DNA of 64,000 nt. Origin: Balanoglossus misakiensis (taxonomy: Eukaryota; Animalia; Hemichordata). Below are positions 27,701 to 40,580 of the stretch, in pieces. Each line of letters opens with the position of its first letter. Positions within the stretch are counted from its first letter, which is position 1. Position numbers and translations under genes: made by a program. The notes under the pieces are model-generated. The model ran no database searches, was not told where the DNA came from, and worked only from the letters and a program-made list of their open reading frames with translations. The stretch spans positions 6,455,519 through 6,519,518 of the forward strand of contig CM082580.2 in NCBI GenBank assembly GCA_040954595.2. The letters run 5' to 3'.

Positions 27701-27910
27701 AGATGCAAATCCGTCTATGGCAACAAATCAAGTCAGAAAATTTACAAAACAATATTTAGCCATTTTTTCTGAGTGTCTCTTCTCAAATTTTTAATAAATG
27801 CAGCAAATTTCTTCCAAAAGCAGACAAGACTACATTTCGCAGAATATCACTATTAGGGGTAAAATGACTCAATGATATTTTGCTTGATTAATTTCAAATT
27901 GACAGTGTGC

Positions 27911-27963
<53 letters not shown>

Positions 27964-30900
27964 ACTTACAAATCACACTGTTCATCCCAATGTGACTGCA
28001 TTGACTTCTCAGCCACCGATGTCTGGAATTTCTCTTTCCCAAGCGCCATGATTACATACGCATCATTGGTGTTATTTCTTCCCTTACACATCATATTTCT
28101 GGCCTGGTGAACTGCAAAAGACAAAAAAACCCACACAAACCTTATTATTGCTAATTTGATCAAGAAAGCTTATTTTCCAAAGGCACGATTAGATCCACAG
28201 TTAGGGAAATGGGATGAAAGTGTTGCCCCAGGGCCTGTAAACGAAACAGAGTGTACATGTACATGAAATGCTGGTCATTATCACCATCATCATTGAATGA
28301 ACTCTGATTTAGCCCTGTGGTTTGACCTACATTTGTATTAAAATAGACGAAAACGGGTTGGAGAGACTAAATGGATAATGTTGCTCACTTCTGACATTAT
28401 TTTTGCTCAGTTTATAGTTTCATTTGGTCGATTATCATTGTTCAAAGCACTGAAAAATCATTTAACATTCTTGTACAACTCAACCTACATCCTTTGCAGT
28501 CACCTATGGCCGTACTCGTCCAATATGATACTCACTGAGATAATCTGTTGTATATTCAAATATACCAACAAAATTTACGAAAGGAATACACCATCATTTG
28601 CAACAGATGACCTGCTAGCTTTATAGGAGCTATACACACTCTATGTAACAGTATACTGTAAAACGGGTTATTTTCGCGACATGAAATTTTCACGATATCA
28701 AAACAGGCAACTATTATGCGAGGATTTATTTTCACATTCTCTTATTTCATTTACTGCATCGTTCTCTCCGAAAAAGATTTACGCGACTTTCTATTTTCAT
28801 GTTTTTTGGCTCTTGCGTATTTTGCAAAAATTCATTGCTCGCGAAAATAACCCATTTTACAGTATATACCGGTATATGCCTGCAGGTGTATCAATTTGGA
28901 GTGCTTACATCACACAGGTGGAAATCCAATCAATGTATAGCACGCTGGGAAAACGGAACATCATCAATATTTCACCAGCATCAATTGTCTGCAGGCAAGA
29001 TATCAATTTACATGTCCTAGTATATTGCGGCAATGTTTTCAGAAGACATTTATGAGAGTACATTCATCATTTGAAAATTCGCAAGTTGCTCTTTTGTCTC
29101 ATTACGTATGTATACGTATTGGTTGAAATGAGCATTTTAGATCATTTTGCAGCACACCTTGATCTTGGAAAAGTCATGACCGGTCGAAAAAGCAGCAAAA
29201 AGACTGATGGCAAGAAAGATTATAAATTATAGCCACTTAATTGGGTTGCTCAAAATATCTTTTATTAGCACTTTTATTAGTCTTCAGCCATTTCATAAAC
29301 AGAATGAGGAACGAAATTAAATTCCGCGAATGAAGTACATTAAGTGACATTAATAATATATTATTATTGATGATGATCTTAATAGTCTTCTGGGTCAATC
29401 AATGAATATTATGGTACATTCATAAGTGCACAAGCGTGAGTGTTATTGAAAATCCATGTCCCTGAGATGATCAAATTTGCCAAAGCAAACACAGTGTTGC
29501 GCATTGGGGAATCCCCATTAGATGTCTAGGGGTTCTGGAAAGAAAATCAATTTGCTGCAAGTTAGACCATGCACGCCACTTGAAGATTTCGTCTCGCCAT
29601 TTGACATTTACAGTAGTTTTTTTCTGCTGATTTACAAGAAAGCTGCGATTCTTAGGAAATCCATGTCTGGGGGAAAAATCTCAAATTGAGCAATGTAAAC
29701 CATGTGGTAAAAGGACATTTGTATAATAGCTGTAACTTGTCTGTGTCACAATTACTGCGTGTATACGGTAGTTTAGGAACACACCAAAACGTATAATGTG
29801 TTGTTGACAATTATTATTTTATAAGTTATTTTATTCAGGTTCTCGTTAAAAGCATAATCCCAAATTCACTTGAAGTTATAGACAAACCTTATTTTTGAAT
29901 AGGATGATTTACTTATACCGGTACAGGAGAGAAGTGAAAATGACATCTGTGAAAATACCTGACAACAACAAGGTACACCACCTGTCAGGTGGTCAATACT
30001 CAATTACGTTACTGGATATATATCTCATGATTGAAAATATATCACGCAAGCTCGCTTTTTGTGCTGGCTAATAGTCAGGTATACTAGTGCATGACAGAAT
30101 CCCCTCCAGGATGTACCACTGAATGTTTGTCTTGTGCCCACTGTAACCTGTAGACCCTGGTTGGTTACGGTAATTTCAGACCAATCTGCTATGTGTACAA
30201 TTCTAGGCAAATGAAATTACAGCCTATGGGATTTGATTTACCCATTTCCTCGAAAACTGGTGCGCAGTCAGTTATTTGCGATCATACAATATTAAACTGG
30301 TGTGTAAACAATAACGTATAGTTTTTTTCTTGCGTTAACTTGGATTTTAATTTTTTAAAAGCATTCCTGAAAAATGGCTCAGTCCAATGAATTTTGGAGA
30401 CTTCAATTAGATGGCAAATAATAAAATCATAAATCCCTATACGTATTGTTCGGTATATGATGAGACCTCAAAACTTCTTTTATTCGTCCAACATATTTTT
30501 GTCAAAGTCAGATAAACATGACATGGGTTAAAAAAGTCACAAACGTGACTCCTGTTGTGATCTGGATATGAATGAGTCTTTCTTTGAACAACTGAAAATG
30601 CCCGAGGGAATTCTAGGTTGAGATGATTGAAGAACTGCGGTAATTATTGTAAAAACCCAGGAGGCATTACAATGGGGCGCCGAAGCCTTAAAAAACACTG
30701 TGGTTTTATGCATGTACACTATATTTCTACATTGCATTTACCCCTGGAATGTATACCTGTGTCAGTTATTTTATTGATAATAATGAAGTGCCTAGTATGT
30801 GTGTGAAGTATGCATGTGTATACTAGTACATGTTTACAGATTAAAAACAGGACAATGGAAATCCAGGTAATAATGCTGGAAAATTTCTGGAAATTGCTGG

Positions 30901-33304
30901 AAATAGATAACCTACAAACACAGTAGTTTGCACTCAATTTGGGCTTCAAGTGTAGATGGCTGGAAATATAGGCACAGATTCATCAATGCAAGCATCACAG
31001 GACCTACCGGTATATAATTGCATTATGTGCGTGTGTTATAGCCTTTTTTATATTAGAAAAAAATAATTGATCACCAGAGCAACCAGACGTCCCTTACCAA
31101 CTGTACAAGCTCCTGGGTTATTGTCGGATGAAAAGAATTTAATCTTTCGCTCATCCAGAAACAAATCACAAGCACAACCGGTCCAATTCCCAGAAAATGA
31201 CTTCATTACACGGTGAATCCTAGCCTCAACTGAACCCTGGATACAACTGTATAATACAGAACACTGTACTGAATCCCCTCGCCGCGCCAATTACTAGAAG
31301 CGACCATAAAAAAAGCACCCTTGCAAATCAGTTCTCTACAACCCATTCACCTATTGAAGGATATGCAATGAACATAAAGAGTCTGTTGTTACATTGGGCA
31401 GTGGACACATTCATCATTCTCAGAGCCCTTCTCCATGATTCAACACTTCACCAGCTATACTTCAGTAAATCTGCATTTACTGTTCACTCTACTATACTCT
31501 AGTACCCCCAAAAATTAGCTTCAGCCCTGCTTGTCCACACATCACGATTTTTTCTGCATGGGTTCGTCAAATTAATTGGCACAATGCCGCATGTAGAACA
31601 CCATGACTTATCAGTAAAACATGCCTGAATTTAGACTATGTACATTCCTGTAGTTTTTCTAACCATCACCATTATAATTAACCTAATTACCACACAATGC
31701 CAATTCTACAGCAGGCCTAAATATTAATAATGGTGAAAATAGAAAAGCCTTTTTCACTGAAATATTTATATTGACTGCACATAGATTGCCAATAAAAATA
31801 CCAAGTATTTATTAGCATGTTGCTGGAAATTTTGAGCTGATATGTGACATGGTCTCACAAGGCTACTTCTAATTGGTCAATTAACTTGTTATTAGCGTTT
31901 ACTCAGTTGTTCAAACAGGTGTACTGCACAATGTATAAGAATTGACCATCTGGGGAGACTGGGATTACAGACCAAGCCAACACTGGATTTCTCTGATTAC
32001 AATATGATATCCACCATACTGAAAAAGGCCTGTCAGTGTCACCTGCAAGGCTGTCTGTGATTGGTTCAATTTCTTTATTATTCCTTTGTGAGACCAATCT
32101 GTGAACTCGTACAACAGTGATTTATAACACCTCTCAGGATATGACTTTTGATACAACGCAGGCAACCTGCTCAAAAATTTACTTACATCCATCCACAGAT
32201 GTACATGTACCAACCAAAATATATGCACAGGCAGGTGCACATGGTTAAAATAATGGCAGTCAAGGTTATACATGTACAATACTGCGGAAGGGTATACAAG
32301 ACCTGTGGGACCTTCTGCTGTACAACTGAGGGTGCCAAAATATGCATGCATCAGGGCCATACATCTTTCATCATATCCCTTATTGAGTAGTAAAATATGA
32401 TGAATGGGTCAATTCTTTTGTCAACTCTTCAAACAGGTGCACATGTCAGCATGTGCAGGAATGCTACAAGAATAGACATTTGACTATTAAATAACATTTC
32501 TGGGTCTGATATTGACAGGCGACTGCTGTTATTGTTATCTCTAATGTTAAATTGGCGATTGTCAACATACCAGTACATGTACCAGTTATTTTGCTGCAAA
32601 ATGTACATGTACATGTGAGTAATGTGTATTTTATTGGTAAAAAGTTATACGAATTAAATTCAAATCACAACAGATGGAGAACAAGAAACTTAATATACTC
32701 AAACGCAGAACTAAAGAACTGAAAATTATCAAAAGCAAGAGCTACTGTCTATTGGGGGACAGAGTAGTGTTTGAATAAAATAGTCAAGTGATCATTTTTC
32801 ATTGTGCCAGTTGTGCAGTCAGAGAATGGGGGAGCTGAATTGATGATAAGAGAAGAGGCGACGCCATCCGAATTATACTGAATCAGATTTGAAGGGCTGC
32901 GAGACAGATTAACCTCGATTCCATCATCAGTGTGACAGGCTCCATTTGTATGGGCCCTCAAATAATTAGCGGGAAGGCATTTCTGCAGGTCTTCCTGATT
33001 GGCACTCTGATTATCTCCTCATCAGTGGAAGTCCCAAGAATGCCACAGTCTTCCTGATCATGTGAGACTTGCTTTAATTCAGGATGTTTCCTGTAATTTT
33101 GAACGGTTAAATGCTGTCGTATCGGGTGTAATCGGAATTGAATTCTGTCAGAGCAGGTATGCTGTATGTATGTACGGTACCTGGCTCGCTAGTACTGCTG
33201 CTGAGATGACACCAGCAGTTGCACCAACAACAGTTTCTCAAATTTTCTTGATTGACTCTGATTCTGACTTAGACGCTACATTGGTGGCCAAAGCACACAG
33301 AAGT

Positions 33305-33339
<35 letters not shown>

Positions 33340-36300
33340 CTCTTTCTTTCTGGGCTATTGCAGATCAGCTTCTGATATATGCTTTTTTAACCAAACCACA
33401 TTGAGTGCAACATTTCCCTTTAAAGGCATACATGTTTTGCATCCCTGATAGCAGTACTGGACCTCTATACAGGGAAACGGAAGTGAAAGGGTTAAACTTA
33501 CCACCCATCCCCCTCCCAAGTAGAGTATCATAACTGGAGTGTTCAACACAGTACGGGTCCTATAAAATCATGAAGATAATGGCAATACAGCCTGGGTCAA
33601 ATTTCATCCCATATTAACCTTTGCCCAGTAGCATTAACTTTCAGAAATTATTATGCATATCACTATTTCAGATGGGTGTTTCATTCTGTAATTTATAAAT
33701 AAATAATGCTCACTGTTCAAATTTACACAAGGACAAATTAATTTTAAATGAACCAGTGATCTTGAAACAATTAAATGGAAGTTTCTCACCCTGTTCACCA
33801 CAAATAAGGTCAATTTTATTTACCTTGAGCATGTCACGCTTTTGATCAGTCACTGCGGATTGTTCATTGTATATGAGTCGGATTAATATCAAAATAAAGG
33901 ACTACTATAGTAGCAAAACATTTTCCTTGCAATGCATAGAAATAACCATTTGAAAACATTAATGTTTCCTTCACTTTATTCACATGACTATCAAAGCACA
34001 CTGGCCAACTCAACTATGAACTTGACACTTTGATGATACATATAATATTTAACATGTACGGACATTGGTTTCAGGACAGCTTTTACCCCTGGACTTATCA
34101 CCTGGACATTTCCCACACCCACCGGTTAATGCTAGGGAAAACGTTAGGATACGCATCTGGAGGAGATATGTCCAAGGGATAAACTTCCCTACAACCATTC
34201 ACATTCCTAACATGACAAGCAAATGAAATTAGACAGGTGACCTTGGTTGATATGAGGAATACTAGTACTGCATAATTCTCAGCAACAGTTCAGTGATCAG
34301 AGGTTGTCAGAAGCAACATATTTTTCTGGCAAATGGTAATTAGGGCAATGAACCTGGTCAACTTTAATACCGATTAGCCTAATTTATTATCATCCCATTT
34401 GACCTACAGTGCATAAGCCTCTTCCAACACATACATGTAGGTCTAAATCACTCAAAGTATGTACATCAGTGGTTTCAGCAATAGCTCTCTGGCTAATTAT
34501 AGGTGCAAGATAACATTGTCTATATTTTCAACAGTATTATACAGGCTTACAAGATCAAGGCAACTAAAAGAATTACCAATTTGCTACAGCATGTACATAT
34601 CTTTTAGCCTAAAGAGGACCAAATCAGGTTTTTTTGGACCTATATCATTTATCATGCCTATTCAAAAAAATATTTAATACATGGCCCCCAAGTAAGGCTT
34701 ATTTGCACGCTATTTCATTTAGCATCACATTTTGCTCTCACAATGAAACATCGTGTTTTGAGCAAGTTTTATTTATTGTCATCTCAGTCCATAAACATAA
34801 AATCTGAACTATAGAACCATAACGCCATTCGTGACAATTTGGATTCTAGTCTATAGAACTTGATTCTGCTGTTGCTGCCTAGAGGACAGGAATTTCAATG
34901 CAAAAATTGTTTGTTCAGCTAAATATAGATACTACACGACTAAGAAAAATAGTCATCAGAATAAAAAACAACTCAGTGGGTGTTCATTTTTCATCACGCT
35001 TGTCACAATAATTTGAACGGCATAGCATTCATTCCTAACTTACTATATAACTGAAAAATGACATTATACAGCATTGTATATTCTATCTCATCAAAATGGC
35101 ATTTTTTAAAGATCACGCCACGCATGTATTTATTTATATGGTCCCACCAAGCTGTTGTATAACAATCATCAAAATTTCACAACAGGAACAAATGATATAT
35201 ACAAGCTTTTGAACTATGTATAATGTCCCCTATACCCGAAAGAACAGATAGAGGAAATTTAATCAACATCATGTGAAATTCATAAAACAGAATATCTATT
35301 TTTGTATGATATTATTTATGCCAGGAGCAATAGCCATTGTTTGTGTGACCTGCTCAAAACTGGCACACAGCACATGAAATTTTCTGATGGCTGGAAGCTA
35401 GCTATAAGTGGGATTTTCATATTTCTTAAGTATAATGCCTGAAACTGCCATATCCTCAGAAGACTCCATGTTGCTTCACAGTAGATTGTAAGATACTCAA
35501 GCTGCATGCCAAAAAAGCACTCAGAGACTCGTGTACTCAATGGTACTGTATTATAATGACCTGTGCTCAGATGATCATAGAGAGATCAATGGCTATGGGC
35601 TAAATCAATAGGAATGAATGAACAGTTAAATTGTAAACAATTATGATTTCTCTAGACTACATTAATATCTTTACTGCAACCAAGAGAACTCGAAATTATA
35701 TTCTTGTGGAATTCTTCACAATATCTTCATATGGATTCTCGAGACACTTTTCAATCTTGAATGGGAGTTATTAAGAAATATTCTCCTTCAGAATCTCAAC
35801 CACTCCATAAGCACCAACCGAACGTTTTGGTAATTTTTTTTTTACTTATTCTTCAATTGAGAAGGGTCTGTATCTTAATTAACTCTGATGGCTTTTTAAT
35901 GTTATCACTACCACATGAATGATACCACTTGGTTAAGACCAAAAGTAGAATTTTGGAATTTGTCGTTTAGATATATTCATCTGAAGCCTTCATGCGACAG
36001 ACTGAAGGTCACTTCAGGTCGAGACAGTAAAATGACTATATGTATCATCAGAGAGAATGACATCATTTGCTGCATGCATGTAGTAACTAGCATTAGTCAT
36101 CCAGGAGGTCAAGGACGAAGGTTTTTTTGTCCGGTTTTCTCAAATTCTGCTAAATTCATAATGTATCTGATGGAGATGAACATTTTGCTCCATACAGCTT
36201 ACAATACCAGCACAGGACATATAGAAATACAGCTGTTGACATCTTGTGTTCTACTCTTGTTAAATCTGCATAAGTAACATTCCATTGGTTTACCCCGTGT

Positions 36301-38073
36301 CAGAAATCGTAATTCAGTTTCTGTAATGACGACCATAATATAGCGATGACTCGCAGAAGAACGTGTGACAAATTCCCAGTAACTGTGTTTGACTGAATCA
36401 TTAATGCAAAAATAATGTTTATGTTCCAATTATCGAAGCTTTTGTTGCATATGCCAGTGAGATGACAAGAGCTCTCTACTGTGTTACTTCAAGCCAGCTA
36501 ATACCTTTTTTCTATAGCTTTATTACCGGATAACAGACAAAAACGCTAGGCACTTCGTAGATTACTACAATGCATAATGTTATTATATTACCATTAATAG
36601 TACGTAAATGGTATTGAGAAATATCTTTATTAATCAGTACTAAAATTTTATGAAATTATGCATGATTTCATATTCAATTAAATATTGAACTGACACTTAA
36701 TGTTCTAATGGAACCTAACGAACAGTCACGGTCAATGTTGAAAAAAAATCTAACTGATAAATATTTGATTATGGTGTAACTGTACAATGCACTTGGTTTT
36801 GTGAAGGCAAGGCCAAGATTGGCAATTTACTCCAGTCCAGTGCCTAAAGTATTGTAACTTCAAAAAATCAAGTTAGTATATGAAAAAAGAATACGCATCT
36901 ATATAGGGGCTTTGCAAATTTGATGGTAATGCATGAAAAATCAGGTCAATACATATAGGTCAGGGGTGTAAAGGTCAAAACATGTGGTGCCAACAGCCAC
37001 ATTTCAGTATTAAACCACAAATGGTTTATAAATTTGATAAAGAGCATGTATTGTTGAAAAGGTGTCATTTTCTGTATTTTCCACCTTGGATGGAATAGCT
37101 ATTCAACCACAGGAGAATATATATTTTTAGACTACCATGCACAATCTCATTTATCATTTCATATCTTGCTCTATTAAAATATAAACTAAAGATAAAACAT
37201 TTTTTTACAATGTTTATGAAACGGCAGGAAACTTATGATAGAAAAAAATCAAAAATAAAACATAGAACAGAACCACATCTGCTCCTCAAAATAAAGAAAG
37301 GCTTTGCATTTTAAGTTGTAATCCAGTCCCCTTTGTGCACTAGACACGGTTATGTCACTTAAAATTAACTCCTGACATCTGCAGTTTGATGGCACAGAAA
37401 TTTGTTTCACTGTCGATGCATGTATTATTACTATTTATGCCTAAATCCACAATGAAACATAATTCCGGGACTTTCAGACGTTATAATATTTTCGTACTGA
37501 ATTTCAGAAATGACTCTGAGAGCTGTGATGATGGGAAATGTTGCAACTATATCATGTCTTTCACAATTTCATCAGTACAGTTGCTTTTATGCTGGGTTCT
37601 ATTACACGTACTTTCACAACCCACGCGTCGTTCTATTGTCAATTTCGTGCCATTATTGTATCACGAGTTTGCGCATCATTTACAAACTAAAGAATCCCGT
37701 TTATTTCGTCAAAGCTGAAATAACGGGTTTATTGACGTTGGCATTTACTAGCACTTTTCGCGACTTTCGCTAACGCCGATGATCAACGTTTTCTCTCCAT
37801 CAATAAGCAAGAAACATCCGAGTAAAAATATTACAATGATGTCACTGTTCACGCTTGTCAGTGATGTCACTGTTTTTAGCAAAGGTACAGCACGCATCAT
37901 CGCACATTTTGCATGTTCTGCAGTTAGCCGATTACAGACCGGGAATTAAAATCGATTTCGGTGAATATGAGAGAGATTTTCGTACCTGTCACACGACAAA
38001 TTTGCGGCGTCCGTTGGTAACCGACGGCTGTCGGCGATGTGGTCGCAGACGATGGCGCTGATGCAGACATCAT
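21750..38073 (-). CDS. RAB11FIP: Rab11 family-interacting protein, class I (N-terminal C2 domain, C-terminal Rab-binding domain), about 471 aa
   Basis: Exons on minus strand: 38073-37986 (MMSASAPSS...TPQICRVT), 28111-27970 (VHQARNMMCKGRNNTNDAYVIMALGKEKFQTSV), 27120-26992, 26337-26192 (WHKLHNKPGRKDAKDRGEIEV), 25596-25469, 25087-24980, 24523-24166, 22365-22223, 21923-21750 (KELENYIDGLLLKVMIETPKIL, the FIP-RBD). All phases match; total 1416 nt. Confidence 0.93.
27914..27963. repeat. (CAT)n microsatellite next to the Rab11-FIP exon 2 donor
   Basis: About 16 perfect CAT units; this produces the spurious poly-His ORF. Confidence 0.95.
28656..28862. mobile_element. MITE with about 24-bp terminal inverted repeats, TA-flanked
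   Basis: Left end CTGTAAAACGGGTTATTTTCGCGA; right end TCGCGAAAATAACCCATTTTACAG (one mismatch). TATA on both sides. Confidence 0.8.
33304..33349. repeat. (TTTC)n microsatellite
   Basis: Tandem TTTC units in Rab11-FIP intron 1. Confidence 0.9.
34067..34196. mobile_element. Degenerate short MITE
   Basis: Left GGTTTCAGGACAGCTTTTACCCCTGGACTTATCACC resembles the reverse complement of the right end, GGTTGTAGGGAAGTTTATCCCTTGGACATATCTCC. Confidence 0.5.
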
Positions 38074-38748
38074 ACACTCCCGACGTGTGTCAAATCGCTC
38101 TGCAGAGCGCGATATATATTACGCGAATTTTGTATTAGCGATCGTTGAACGAAAATTGCTCTATTTCACTTCACCATGGTGCGCAGCACGGCCACTTCCA
38201 TTGTTACCATTCTTCAAATTACTTTGTTCATATAGATGTTACGTAATCAACACCAAAACAACGGGAGACAAACAAGGCGTTCTTCTTCGTTTTCCCTTGC
38301 AGATGAGATCGTCCAAGATGAAACTAATTTCACCTAGGATAGCCAACTTTACAGATTGAGGGTTCAGGCAGAGGGTCACCGAGGGACATGTACGTTTTGA
38401 TCGAAAACTGTTTAAAATACTGTCATGGAAAAGAAAATGGTAAATATTACATTGGAAATGATTGATAATGTACCTAAGCTTATTTTTAAGGCCAACTGAC
38501 GCCTAATCTCGCAGATTACCTGTGTTATTCTGTACCGACCGATTACATGCCGGTATCCCCTCTTTCTGTAATAGTATAAGCCAATAGGAATGATATGACA
38601 AACAAACGTACATCTCCCCCGACAAATCCATGGCGGATGTGTTTACAACTTTTGACAAAAATGAGCTGGAAATAGGTGTTTAGAGCAAACGAGTTTTCGT
38701 ATAAAGAGGATGAGCAAACTTTCAAAGACATAATAAGTATACGTAAAC

Positions 38749-40580
38749 ATGACTACGACAGAAAATTCCAATTTGTGCGCTGCAAAACGGAAGGCTTTGA
38801 CCACCTGTGTAGCCGCTCTGTGTTTTGACTCAGGATATCAAGGCGCCGACAAAGTTGCATTAGAAACTCTAACTGAGATGGTACAAAGCTGTAAGTAAAT
38901 TTATATTGTGCATAAGCCATTAACGTTTTCACTATTCCCACTACTCGGGCGTGCTTGTAGGACCGGACTCATTCAAATTCAATAATATGTACTTTGTAGC
39001 TGTGGAAACTGGCTATTTGTGTGTGTGTGTGTGGGGGGGGGGGGGTACACAATGTACATGTACATATGTAGTCTCTGCTGGTTCCCCCCACCAAGGGGAA
39101 ACCAACAAAGACAACCTCCCCACAAGAAGCTGTATTTCCACAGCTAGGCCATGTGCAGCCCTGCACCGCAACGCTGTCAAACTTATTTCAACCATCAATA
39201 AAGACGATGCAGTTCTTGTATGTAAATGTGCACATCAATATTATTTCGTGATAGATACAATGTGTAGCCTCTTAGATCCCCCAAGGGGAGTGAGAGAGGT
39301 AAATACCAGGCCAGACATAAACTAGTATTTTATTACCGGTGTGTAAACTGTATTTGTTTCACTGTATCGACAGATATCGCTGAGCTTGGCAGAAGTGCAC
39401 AAGCATACTGCGAACTGTCTGGTAGAACTGAGCCTATGTTGAATGATGTTGCTGTTTCACTGATTGAAATGGGCACTGACTTGGCAGCACTCACACTATT
39501 TGCAAAGAAATCACAGAGAGTTATCATTCAGCCTCGTAAGTATTAAACCTGCATTGACTATGTCTTTCCTTACCCAATAGACAATTTTCTGCTCACTGTG
39601 AGATCTTGAAGACTTGCTAATCCATATACCATTCTGTATTAATCATCTCACTTTCTTGCAGCGGAGCAAATCAGGCCACCAGTTACTCCAAGAATCCTAC
39701 AAGCTGGTGAGAAGAAACCCCACTCATCCCACATTCCAGACTATTTGCCGCCGTTTCCAAATCCCCACACATATATCAAGACACCAGTGAGTAAATTCTA
39801 GAATTTGAAACCGATGAATCCACCTCTAGAGTTCCTGTGAGCACTGCAGTCATCTGTACCAATGGCTTTTCCATTTATATTTACTGAAACAAACTCTGAA
39901 CTTCATTGAATGTATTGTTATGCTTTCAGACATATAGGAGACCAGAAACCGAATACCAAGCAATCAGAGAAAAAGCAGCATCCCAGAGAAGAGATGTTGA
40001 GAGAGCACTCACTAGATTCATGGCCAAAACTGGAGAAACCCAGTCACTCTTTCCAGATGATAATTCTAGCTTTCCATGTACGTGATGACTGGATAGTTGT
40101 GTTCTTATCTGTTTATTTTAGCTTTCCTTTCAAAGTGCACTGCAATCGTTTCTCTCAATGTTTGACATGATTTAACCACCATGTAATTGCTTTGTAATGT
40201 ACAGGATTTTTTTTCAATGCCATATCATTGTTTTTAATTCAGTGATAGCCACCAAAAAACCAGCGATTCCATACCTGGATGCGGTGTTGCCACATCAGCA
40301 CGAGGTCGCCGACATGGAGGACCAGGACGATCCCAGCGAGCAGACGGACTCTGACCGACAGACGGACTCGCAGGACAGCGAAGCTCTGAACAACAAGGAG
40401 AACAGGGATGAGAACCCGGAACCCGGCCAGAGCAGCCAGGAAGGCGGCGGTGCCGGCGGCGATGCAGCAGCCGCAGGGCAACCGACAAATGAAAAGGCAG
40501 AAATAGTGATCGATAATCCCTACCTTAGAGCCGTCAAGAAGCCGAAAGTTAGACGGAAACTGAAGTCCAGTCAGTCGTAG
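38749..40580 (+). CDS. TAF8: Transcription initiation factor TFIID subunit 8, about 304 aa
   Basis: Exons 38749-38890 (ADKVALETLTEMVQS), 39374-39535 (YIAELGRSAQAYCELSGRTEP, histone fold), 39662-39786 (HIPDYLPPFPNPHTYIKTP), 39930-40077 (YQAIREKAASQRRDVERALTRFMAKTG), 40243-40580 (IDNPYLRAVKKPK, TAG). Confidence 0.96.

Noticed and set aside
36943-36977. Three AGGTCA nuclear-receptor half-sites
   Set aside because: Spacings of 8 and 9 nt; the hexamer is common in this window and there is no supporting evidence.
28112-37985. Many short ORFs in the 10-kb Rab11-FIP intron 1 as a possible nested gene
   Set aside because: No recognisable domains, codon bias or chain of compatible splice sites.
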